From NCBI RefSeq assembly GCF_963921235.1, contig NC_086097.1, positions 51,772,001 through 51,836,000 of the forward strand: a DNA stretch of 64,000 nt, read 5' to 3'. The first letter of the stretch is position 1. Each line of letters begins with the position of its first letter. The position numbers and the translations under genes were made by a program. This document shows, one piece after another, positions 15,001 through 27,896 of this stretch. The notes below the pieces were generated by a model. The model ran no database searches, was not told the DNA's origin, and saw only the letters and a list, made by a program, of their open reading frames with translations. This stretch comes from Mobula hypostoma. Taxonomy: Eukaryota.

Positions 15001-18000
15001 TACGCCTCGTCACCATCTGAACTGATCTGTCTCACTCCTGTACGCCTCGTCACCATCTGAACTGATCTATCTCACTCCTGTACGCCTCGTCACCATCTGA
15101 ACTGATCTATCTCACTCCTGTACGCCTCGTCACCATCTGAACTGATCTATCTCACTCCTGTACGCCTCGTCACCATCTGAACTGATCTATCTCACTCCTG
15201 TACGCCTCGTCACCATCTGAACTGATCTATCTCACTCCTGTACGCCTCGTCACCATCTGAACTGATCTGTCTCACTCCTGTACGCCTCGTCACCATCTGA
15301 ACTGATCTACCTCACTCCTGTACGCCTCGTCACCATCTGAACTGATCTATCTCACTCCTGTACGCCTCGTCACCATCTGAACCGATCTGTCTCACTCCTG
15401 TACGCCTCGTCACCATCTGAACTGATCTGTCTCACTCCTGTACGCCTCGTCACCATCTGAACTGATCTATCTCACTCCTGTAGCCTCTCCTGAACTGATC
15501 TATCTCACTCCTGTACGCCTCGTCACCATCTGAACTGATCTATCTCACTCCTGTACGCCTCGTCACCATCTGAACTGATCTGTCTCACTCCTGTACGCCT
15601 CGTCACCATCTGAACTGATCTATCTCACTCCTGTACGCCTCGTCACCATCTGAACTGATCTATCTCACTCCTGTACGCCTCGTCACCATCTGAACTGATC
15701 TTCTCACTCCTGTACGCCTCGTCACCATCTGAACTGATCTACTCACTCCTGTACGCCTCGTCACCATCTGAACTGATCTATCTCACTCCTGTACGCCTCG
15801 TCACCATCTGAACTGATCTGTCTCACTCCTGTACGCCTCGTCACCATCTGAACCGATCTATCTCACTCCTGTACGCCTCGTCACCATCTGAACTGATCTA
15901 TCTCACTCCTGTACGCCTCGTCACCATCTGAACTGATCTATCTCACTCCTGTACGCCTCGTCACCATCTGAACTGATCTATCTCACTCCTGTACGCCTCG
16001 TCACCATCTGAACTGATCTGTCTCACTCCTGTACGCCTCGTCACCATCTGAACTGATCTGTCTCACTCCTGTACGCCTCGTCACCATCTGAACTGATCTA
16101 CCTCACTCCTGTACGCCTCGTCACCATCTGAACTGATCTATCTCACTCCTGTACGCCTCGTCACCATCTGAACTGATCTATCTCACTCCTGTACGCCTCG
16201 TCACCATCTGAACTGATCTGTCTCACTCCTGTACGCCTCGTCACCATCTGAACTGATCTATCTCACTCCTGTACGCCTCGTCACCATCTGAACGGATCGA
16301 TCTCACTCCTGTACGCCTCGTCACCATCTGAACTGATCTATCTCACTCCTGTACGCCTCGTCACCATCTGAACTGATCTATCTCACTCCTGTACGCCTCG
16401 TCACCATCTGAACTGATCTATCTCACTCCTGTACGCCTCCTCACCATCTGAATTTATCTGTCTCACTCCTGTACGCCTCGTCACCATCTGAACTGATCTA
16501 CCTCACTCCTGTACGCCTCGTCATCATCTGAACCGATCGATCTCACTCCTGTACGCCTTGTCACCATCTAAACCGACCTGTCTCACTCCTGTACGCCTCG
16601 TCACCATCTGAACCGATCTGTCTCACTCCTGTACGACTCGTCACCATCTGAACTGATCTATCTCACTCCTGTATGCCTCGTCACCATCTGAACTGATCTA
16701 TCTCACTCCTGTACGCCTCGTCACCATCTGAACTGATCTCCCTCACTCCTGTACGCCTCGTCACCATCTGAACCGATCTGTCTCACTCCTGTACGCCTCG
16801 TCACCATCTGAACTGATCTATCTCACTCCTGTACGCCTCGTCACCATCTGAACCGATCTATCTCACTCCTGTACGACTCGTCACCATCTGAACTGATCTT
16901 CTCACTCCTGTACGCCTTGTCACCATCTGAACGATCTCTCACTCCTGTACGCCTCGTCACCATCTGAACTGATCTATCTCACTCCTGTACGCCTCGTCAC
17001 CATCTGAACTGATCTATCTCACTGCTGTACGCCTTGTCACCATCTGAAAGTCTAACTCCTGTACGCCTCCTCACCATCTGAACTGATCTATCTCACTCCT
17101 GTACGCCTCGTCACCATCTGAACTAATCTGTCTCACTACTGTACGCCTTGTCACCATCTGAACTGATCTATCTCACTCCTGTACGCCTCGTCACCATCTG
17201 AACTGATCTATCTCACTCCTGTACGCCTCGTCACCATCTGAACTGATCTGTCTCACTCCTGTACGCCTCGTCACCATCTGAACCGATCTATCTCACTCCT
17301 GTACGCCTCGTCAGCATCTGAACTGATCTATCTCACTCCTGTACGCCTCGTCACCATCTGAACCGATCTGTCTCACTCCTGTACGCCTCGTCACCATCTG
17401 AACTGATCTATCTCACTCCTGTACGCCTCGTCACCATCTGAACTGATCTATCTCACTCCTGTACGCCTCGTCACCATCTGAACTGATCTTCTCACTCCTG
17501 TACGCCTCGTCACCATCTCACTCCTGTACGCCTCGTCACCATCTGAACTGATCTGTCTCACTCCTGTACGCCTCGTCACCATCTGAACTGATCTATCTCA
17601 CTCCTGTACGCCTCGTCACCATCTGAACTGATCTATCTCACTCCTGTACGCCTCGTCACCATCTGAACTGATCTATCTCACTCCTGTACGCCTCGTCACC
17701 ATCTGAACTGATCTGTCTCACTCCTGTACGCCTCGTCACCATCTGAACTGATCTGTCTCACTCCTGTACGCCTCGTCACCATCTGAACTGATCTATCTCA
17801 CTCCTGTACGCCTCGTCACCATCTGAACAGATCTGTCTCACTCCTGTACACCTCGTCACCATCTGAACAGATCTATCTCACTCCTGTACGCCTCGTCACC
17901 ATCTGAACTGATCTATCTCACTCCTGTACGCCTCGTCACCATCTGAACTGATCTGTCTCACTCCTGTACGCCTCGTCACCATCTGAACTGATCTGTCTCA

Positions 18001-21000
18001 CTCCTGTACGCCTCGTCACCATCTGAACTGATCTATCTCACTCCTGTACGCCTCGTCACCATCTGAACTGATCTATCTCACTCCTGTACGCCTCGTCACC
18101 ATCTGAACTGATCTATCTCACTCCTGTACGCCTCGTCACCATCTGAACTGATCTATCTCACTCCTGTACGCCTCGTCACCATCTGAACTGATCTATCTCA
18201 CTCCTGTACGCCTCGTCACCATCTGAACTGATCTGTCTCACTCCTGTACGCCTCGTCACCATCTGAACTGATCTACCTCACTCCTGTACGCCTCGTCACC
18301 ATCTGAACTGATCGATCTCACTCCTGTACGCCTCGTCACCATCTGAACCGATCTGTCTCACTCCTGTACGCCTCGTCACCATCTGAACCGATCTGTCTCA
18401 CGGCTGTACGCCTCGTCACCATCTGAACCGATCGATCTCACTCCTGTACGCCTCGTTACCATCTGAACTGATCTATCTCACTCCTGTACGCCTCGTCACC
18501 ATCTGAACTGATCTATCTCACTCCTGTACGCCTCGTCACCATCTGAACTGATCTGTCTCACTCCTGTACGCCTCGTCACCATCTGAACTGATCTATCTCA
18601 CTCCTGTACGCCTCGTCACCATCTGAACTGATCTATCTCACTCCTGTACGCCTCGTCACCATCTGAACTGATCTGTCTCACTCCTGTACGCCTCGTCACC
18701 ATCTGAACTGATCTATCTCACTCCTGTACGCCTCGTCACCATCTGAACTGATCTATCTCACTCCTGTACGCCTCGTCACCATCTGAACTGATCTGTCTCA
18801 CTCCTGTACGCCTCGTCACCATCTGAACTGATCTATCTCACTCCTGTACGCCTCGTCACCATCTGAACTGATCTATCTCACTCCTGTACGCCTCGTCACC
18901 ATCTGAACTGATCTATCTCACTCCTGTACGCCTCGTCACCATCTGAACTGATCTATCTCACTCCTGTACGCCTCGTCACCATCTGAACTGATCTACCTCA
19001 CTCCTGTACGCCTCGTCACCATCTGAACTGATCTGTCTCACTCCTGTACGCCTCGTCACCATCTGAACTGATCTATCTCACTCCTGTACGCCTCGTCACC
19101 ATCTGAACCGATCTACCTCACTCCTGTACGCCTTGTAACCATCTGAACTGATCTGTCTCACTCCTGTACGCCTCGTCACCATCTGAACTGATCTGTCTCA
19201 CTCCTGTACGCCTCGTCACCATCTGAACTGATCTATCTCACTCCTGTACGCCTCGTCACCATCTGAACTGATCTATCTCACTCCTGTACGCCTCGTCACC
19301 ATCTGAACTGATCTATCTCACTCCTGTATGCCTCGTCACCATCTGAACTGATCTGTCTCACTCCTGTACGCCTCGTCACCATCTGAACCGATCTATCTCA
19401 CTCCTGTACGCCTCGTCAGCATCTGAACTGATCTATCTCACTCCTGTACGCCTCGTCACCATCTGAACTGATCTATCTCACTCCTGTACGCCTCGTCACC
19501 ATCTGATCTGATCTATCTCGCTCCTGTGCGCCTCGCACCATCTGAAACTGTCACTCCTGTACGCCTCGTCACCATCTGAACTGATCTATCTCACTCCTGT
19601 ACGCCTTGTCACCATCTGAACTGATCTATCTCACTCCTGTACGCCTCGTCACCATCTGAACTGATCTATCTCACTCCTGTACGCCTCGTCACCATCTGAA
19701 CTGATCTGTCTCACTCCTGTACGTCTCGTCACCATCTGAACTGATCTATCTCACTCCTGTACGCCTCGTCACCATCTGAACTGATCTATCTCACTCCTGT
19801 ACGCCTCGTCACCATCTGAACTGATCTGTCTCACTCCTGTACGCCTCGTCACCATCTGAACTGATCTATCTCTCTCCTGTACGCCTCGTCAACATCTGAA
19901 CTGATCTATCTCACTCCTGTACGCCTCGTCACCATCTGAACTGATCTGTCTCACTCCTGTACGCCTCGTCACCATCTGAACTGATCTATCTCACTCCTGT
20001 ACGCCTCGTCACCATCTGAACTGATCTATCTCACTCCTGTACGCCTCGTCACCATCTGAACTGATCTGTCTATCTCACTCCTGTACGCCTCGTCACCATC
20101 TGAACTGATCTATCTCACTCCTGTACGCCTCGTCACCATCTGAACTGATCATCTCACTCCTGTACGCCTCGTCACCATCTGAACTGATCTATCTCACTCC
20201 TGTACGCCTCGTCACCATCTGAACTGATCTATCTCACTCCTGTACGCCTCGTCACCATCTGAACTGATCTGTCTCACTCCTGTACGCCTCGTCACCATCT
20301 GAACTGATCTATCTCACTCCTGTACGCCTCGTCACCATCTGAACTGATCTATCTCACTCCTGTACGCCTCGTCACCATCTGAACTGATCTGTCTCACTCC
20401 TGTACGCCTCGTCACCATCTGAACTGATCTATCTCACTCCTGTACGCCTCGTCACCATCTGAACTGATCTATCTCACTCCTGTACGCCTCGTCACCATCT
20501 GAACTGATCTGTCTCACTCCTGTACGCCTCGTCACCATCTGAACTGATCTACCTCACTCCTGTACGCCTCGTCACCATCTGAACCGATCGATCTCACTCC
20601 TGTACGCCTCGTCACCATCTGAACCGACCTGTCTCACTCCTGTACGCCTCGTCACCATCTGAACCGATCTGTCTCACTCCTGTACGACTCGTCACCATCT
20701 GAACTGATCTATCTCACTCCTGTACGCCTCGTCACCATCTGAACTGATCTATCTCACTCCTGTACGCCTCGTCACCATCTGAACTGATCTGTCTCACTCC
20801 TGTACGCCTCGTCACCATCTGAACTGATCTATCTCACTCCTGTACGCCTCGTCACCATCTGAACTGATCTATCTCACTCCTGTACGCCTCGTCACCATCT
20901 GAACTGATCTATCTCACTCCTGTACGCCTCGTCACCATCTGAACTGATCAATCTCACTCCTGTACGCCTCGTCACCATCTGAACTGATCTATCTCACTCC

Positions 21001-24000
21001 TGTACGCCTCGTCACCATCTGAACCGATCTGTCTCACTCCTGTACGCCTCGTCACCATCTGAACTGATCTATCTCACTCCTGTACGCCTCGTCACCATCT
21101 GAACTGATCGATCTCACTCCTGTACGCCTCGTCACCATCTGAACTGATCTGTTTCACTCCTGTACATCTCGTCACCATCTGAACTGATCTATCTCACTCC
21201 TGTACATCTCGTCACCATCTGAACTGATCTGTCTCACTCCTGTACGACTCGTCACCATCAGAACACATCTATCTCACTTCTGTACGCTTCGTCACCATCT
21301 GAACTGATCTCCCTCACTCCTGTACGCCTCGTCACCATCTGAACTGATCTGTCTCACTCCTGTACGCCTCGTCACCATCTGAACTGATCTATCTCACTCC
21401 TGTACGCCTCGTCACCATCTGAACTGATCTGTCTCACTCCTGTACGCCTCGTCACCATCTGAACTGATCTATCTCACTCCTGTACGCCTCGTCACCATCT
21501 GAACTGATCTATCTCACTCCTGTACGCCTCGTCACCATCTGAACTGATCTATCTCACTCCTGTACGCCTCGTCACCATCTGAACTGATCTATCTCACTCC
21601 TGTACGCCTCGTCACCATCTGAACTGATCTATCTCACTCCTGTACGCCTCGTCACCATCTGAACTGATCTATCTCACTCCTGTACGCCTCGTCACCATCT
21701 GAACTGATCTATCTCACTCCTGTACGCCTCGTCACCATCTGAACTGATCTATCTCACTCCTGTACGCCTCGTCACCATCTGAACTGATCTATCTCACTCC
21801 TGTACGCCTCGTCACCATCTGAACTGATCTGTCTCACTCCTGTACGCCTCGTCACCATCTGAACTGATCTATCTCACTCCTGTACGCCTTGTCACCACCT
21901 GAACTGATCAATCTCACTCCTGTACGCCTCGTCACCTTCTGAACTGATCTATCTCACTCCTGTCCGCCTCGTCACCATCTGAACTGATCTATCTCACTCC
22001 TGTACGCCTCGTCACCATCAGAACTGATCTATCTCACTCCTGTCCGCCTCGTCACCATCTGAACTGATCTATCTCACTCCTGTACGCCTTGTCACCATCT
22101 GAACTGATCTACCTCACTCCTGTACGCCTCGTCACCATCTGAACTGATCTATCTCACTCCTGTACGCCTCGTCACCATCTGAACTGATCTGTCTCACTCC
22201 TGTACGCCTCGTCACCATCTGAACCGATCTGTCTCTCTCCTGTACGCCTCGTCACCATCTGAACTGATCTATCTCACTCCTGTACGCCTCGTCACCATCT
22301 GAACTGATCTATCTCACTCCTGTACGCCTCGTCACCATCTGAACTGATCTGTCTCACTCCTGTACGTCTCGTCACCATCTGAACTGATCTATCTCACTCC
22401 TGTACGCCTCGTCACCATCTGAACTGATCTATCTCACTCCTGTACGCCTCGTCACCATCTGAACTGATCTATCTCACTCCTGTACGCCTCGTCACCATCT
22501 GAACTGATCTGTCTCACTCCTGTACGCCTCGTCACCATCTGAACTGATCTGTCTCACTCCTGTACGCCTCGTCACCATCTGAACTGATCTATCTCACTCC
22601 TGTACGCCTCGTCACCATCTGAACTGATCTGTCTCACTCCTGTACGCCTCGTCACCATCTGAACTGATCTGTCTCACTCCTGTACGCCTCGTCACCATCT
22701 GAACTGATCTATCTCACTCCTGTACGCCTCGTCACCATCTGAACTGATCTGTTTCAGTCCTGTACGCCTCGTCACCATCTGAACTGATCTATCGCACTCC
22801 TTTACACCTCGTCGCCATCTGAAACTCTCACTCCTGTACGCCTCGTCACCATCTGAATTGATCTGTCTCACTCCTGTACGCCTCGTCACCATCTGAACTG
22901 ATCTATCTCACTCCTGTACGCCTCGTCACCATCTGAACTGATCAACCTCACTCCTGTACGCCTCGTCACCATCTGAACTGATCTGTCTCACTCCTGTACG
23001 CCTCGTCATCATCTGAACTGATCTATCTCACTCCTGTACGCATTGTCACCATCTGAACCGATCTGTCTCACTCCTGTACGCCTCGTCACCATCTGAACCG
23101 ATCTGTCTCACTCCTGTACGCCTTGTCACCATCTGAACCGATCTGTCTCATTCCTGTACTACTCGTCACCATCTGAACTGATCTACCTCGCTCCTGTACG
23201 CCTCGTCACCATCTGAACTGATCTATCTCACTCCTGTACGCCTCGTCACCATCTGAACTGATCTATCTCACTCCTGTACGCCTCGTCACCATCTGAACTG
23301 ATCTATCTCACTCCTGTACGCCTCGTCACCATCTGAACTGATCTGTCTCACTCCTGTACGCCTCGTCACCATCTGAACAGATCTATCTCACTCCTGTACG
23401 CCTCGTCACCATCTGAACTGATCTATCTCACTCCTGTACGCCTCGTCACCATCTGAACTGATCTATCTCACTCCTGTACGCCTCGTCACCATCTGAACTG
23501 ATCTGTCTCACTCCTGTACGCCTCGTCACCATCTGAACTGATCTATCTCACTCCTGTACGCCTCGTCACCATCTGAACTGATCGATCTCACTCCTGTACG
23601 CCTCGTCACCATCTGAACTGATCTATCTCACTCCTGTACGCCTCGTCACCATCTGAACTGATCTATCTCACTCCTGTACGCCTCGTCACCATCTGAACTG
23701 ATCTATCTCACTCCTGTACGCCTCGTCACCATCTGAATTTATCTGTCTCACTCCTGTACGCCTCGTCACCATCTGAACTGATCTACCTCACTCCTGTACG
23801 CCTCGTCATCATCTGAACCGATCGATCTCACTCCTGTACGCCTTGTCACCATCTAAACCGACCTGTCTCACTCCTGTACGCCTCGTCACCATCTGAACCG
23901 ATCTGTCTTACTCCTGTACGACTCGTCACCATCTGAACTGATCTATCTCACTCCTGTATGCCTCGTCACCATCTGAACTGATCTATCTCACTCCTGTACG

Positions 24001-27000
24001 CCTCGTCACCATCTGAACTGATCTCCCTCACTCCTGTACGCCTCGTCACCATCTGAACCGATCTGTCTCACTCCTGTACGCCTCGTCACCATCTGAACTG
24101 ATCTATCTCACTCCTGTACGACTCGTCACCATCTGAACCGATCTATCTCACTCCTGTACGCCTCGTCACCATCTGAACTGATCTTCTCACTCCTGTACGC
24201 CTTGTCACCATCTGAAACTCTAACTCCTGTACGCCTCCTCACCATCTGAACTGATCTGTCTCACTCCTGTACGCCTCGTCACCATCTGAACTGATCTATC
24301 TCACTGCTGTACGCCTTGTCACCATCTGAAAGTCTAACTCCTGTACGCCTCCTCACCATCTGAACTGATCTATCTCACTCCTGTACGCCTCGTCACCATC
24401 TGAACAGATCTGTCTCACTCCTGTACGCCTCGTCACCATCTGAACTGATCTATCTCACTCCTGTACGCCTCGTCACCATCTGAACTGATCTATCTCACTC
24501 CTGTACGCCTCGTCACCATCTGAACTGATCTGTCTCACTCCTGTACGCCTCGTCACCATCTGAACTGATCTATCTCACTCCTGTACGCCTCGTCACCATC
24601 TGAACTGATCTGTCTCACTCCTGTACGCCTCGTCACCATCTGAACCGATCTGTCTCACTCCTGTACGCCTCGTCACCATCTGAACTGATCTATCTCACTC
24701 CTGTACGCCTCGTCACCATCTGAACTGATCTATCTCACTCCTGTACGCCTCGTCACCATCTGAACTGATCTATCTCACTCCTGTACGCCTCGTCACCATC
24801 TGAACTGATCTATCTCACTCCTGTACGCCTCGTCACCATCTGAACTGATCTATCTCACTCCTGTACGCCTCGTCACCATCTGAACTGATCTATCTCACTC
24901 CTGTACGCCTTGTCACCATCTGAAAGTCTAACTCCTGTACGCCTCCTCACCATCTGAACTGATCTATCTCACTCCTGTACGCCTCGTCACCATCTGAACT
25001 GATCTGTCTCACTCCTGTACGCCTCGTCACCATCTGAACTGATCTATCTCACTCCTGTACGCCTCGTCACCATCTGAACTGATCTATCTCACTCCTGTAC
25101 GCCTTGTCACCATCTGAACTGATCTGTCTCACTCCTGTACGCCTCGTCACCATCTGAACTGATCTATCTCACTCCTGTACGCCTCGTCACCATCTGAACT
25201 GATCTATCTCACTCCTGTACGCCTCGTCACCATCTGAACTGATCTATCTCACTCCTGTACGCCTCGTCACCATCTGAACTGATCTGTCTCACTCCTGTAC
25301 GCCTCGTCACCATCTGAACTGATCTATCTCACTCCTGTACGCCTCGTCACCATCTGAACTGATCTATCTCACTCCTGTACGCCTCGTCACCATCTGAACT
25401 GATCTATCTCACTCCTGTACGCCTCGTCACCATCTGAACTGATCTATCTCACTCCTGTACGCCTCGTCACCATCTGAACTGATCTATCTCACTCCTGTAC
25501 GCCTCGTCACCATCTGAACTGATCTGTCTCACTCCTGTACGCCTCGTCACCATCTGAACTGATCTACCTCACTCCTGTACACCTCGTCACCATCTGAACC
25601 GATCGATCTCACTCCTGTACGCCTTGTCACCATCTGAACTGATCTGTCTCACTCCTGTACGCCTCATCACCATCTGAATCGATCTGTCTCACTCCTGTAC
25701 GCCTCGTCACCATCTGAACTGATCTATCTCACTCCTGTACGCCTCGTCACCATCTGAACTGATCTATCTCACTCCTGTACGCCTCGTCACCATCTGAACT
25801 GATCTGTCTCACTCCTGTACGCCTCGTCACCATCTGAACTGATCTGTCTCACTCCTGTACGCCTCGTCACCATCTGAACTGATCTATCTCACTCCTGTAC
25901 GCCTCGTCACCATCTGAACTGATCTATCTCACTCCTGTACGCCTCGTCACCATCTGAACTGATCTATCTCACTCCTGTACGCCTCGTCACCATCTGAACC
26001 GATCTATCTCACTCCTGTACGCCTCGTCACCATCTGAACTGATCTATCCTCACTCCTGTACGCCTCGTCACCATCTGAACTGATCTATCTCACTCCTGTA
26101 CGCCTCGTCACCATCTGAACTGATCTGTCTCACTCCTGTACGCCTCGTCACCATCTGAACTGATCTATCTCACTCCTGTACGCCTCGTCACCATCTGAAC
26201 TGATCTGTCTCACTCCTGTACGCCTCGTCACCATCTGAACTGATCTGTCTCACTCCTGTACGCCTCGTCACCATCTGAACTGATCTATCTCACTCCTGTA
26301 CGCCTCGTCACCATCTGAACTGATCTGTCTCACTCCTGTACGCCTCGTCACCATCTGAACTGATCTATCTCACTCCTGTACGCCTCGTCACAATCTGAAA
26401 CTCTCACTCCTGTACGACTCGTCACCATCTGAACTCATCTGTCACACTCCTGTGCGCCTCGTCACCATCTGAACTGATCTATCTCACTCCTGTACGCCTC
26501 GTCACCATCTGAACTGATCTATCTCACTCCTGTACGCCTCGTCACCATCTGAACTGATCTGTCTCACTCCTGTACGCCTCGTCACCATCTGAACTGATCT
26601 ATCTCACTCCTGTACGCCTCGTCACCATCTGAACTGATCTATCTCACTCCTGTACGCCTCGTCACCATCTGAACCGATCTGTCTCACTCCTGTACGCCTC
26701 GTCACCATCTGAACCGATCTGTCTCACTCCTGTACGCCTCGTCACCATCTGAACTGATCTATCTCACTCCTGTACGCCTCGTCACCATCTGAACTGATCT
26801 ATCTCACTCCTGTACGCCTCGTCACCATCTGAACTAATCTGTGTCACTCCTGTACGCCTCGTCACCATCTGAACTGATCTATCTCACTGCTGTACGCCTT
26901 GTCACCATCTGAAAGTCTAACTCCTGTACGCCTCCTCACCATCTGAACTGATCTATCTCACTCCTGTACGCCTCGTCACCATCTGAACTAATCTGTCTCA

Positions 27001-27896
27001 CTACTGTACGCCTTGTCACCATCTGAACCGATCTATCTCACTCCTGTACGCCTCGTCACCATCTGAACTGATCTGTCTCACTCCTGTACATCTCGTCACC
27101 ATCTGAACTGATCTATCTCACTCCTGTACGCCTCGTCACCATCTGAACTGATCTGTCTCACTCCTGTACGCCTCGTCACCATCTGAACTGATCTATCTCA
27201 CTCCTGTACGCCTCGTCACCATCTGAACTGATCTGTACATCTCGTCACCATCTGAACTGATCTGTCTCACTCCTGTACGCCTCGTCACCATCTGAACTGA
27301 TCTGTCTCACTCCTGTACGCCTCGTCACCATCTGAACTGATCTATCTCACTCCTGTACGCCTCGTCACCATCTGAACTGATCTGTCTCACTCCTGTACGC
27401 CTCGTCACCATCTGAACCGATCTATCTCACTCCTGTACGCCTCGTCACCATCTGAACTGATCTGTCTCACTCCTGTACGCCTTGTCACCATCTGAACTGA
27501 TCTATCTCACTCCTGTACGCCTCGTCACCATCTGAACTGATCTATCTCACTCCTGTACGCCTCGTCACCATCTGAACTGATCTATCTCACTCCTGTACGC
27601 CTCGTCACCATCTGAACTGATCTATCTCACTCCTGTACGCCTCGTCACCATCTGAACTGATCTGTCTCACTCCTGTACGCCTCGTCACCATCTGAACTGA
27701 TCTATCTCACTCCTGTACGCCTCGTCACCATCTGAACCGATCAATCTCACTGTTGTACGCCTCATCACTATCTGAACTGATCTATCTCACTCCTGTACGC
27801 CTCGTCACCATCTGAACTGATCGATCTCACTCCTGTACGCCTCGTCACCATCTGAACTGATCTTTCTCACTCCTGTACGCCTTGTCGCCATCTGAA
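1..27896. repeat. Satellite array of a 40-bp unit (TGATCT[A/G]TCTCACTCCTGTACGCCTCGTCACCATCTGAAC), about 700 copies, continues beyond the left window edge; derived from LINE RT coding sequence
   Basis: 40-bp periodicity is directly visible from base 1 to ~27,896, with an A/G dimorphism at unit position 7 and scattered variant or shortened units. The last unit merges into LINE sequence at 27,891-27,930. Confidence 0.99.

Noticed and set aside
4607..22892. Three 66-aa ORFs in the satellite (4,607, 12,724, 22,692) as genes
   Set aside because: The 40-bp unit is not a multiple of 3 and carries TGA/TAG stops. These ORFs arise only where a variant removes a stop; they mark higher-order repeats, not proteins.
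1..27896. CRISPR array or telomeric repeat
   Set aside because: Units are head-to-tail with no unique spacers, there are no cas genes, the context is eukaryotic, and there is no TTAGGG motif.
1..27896. TAL1/GATA composite sites (E-box CAGATG plus AGATAG in each unit)
   Set aside because: Orientation and spacing do not match the E-box-N8/9-GATA composite, and short motifs are expected by chance in an RT-derived unit.
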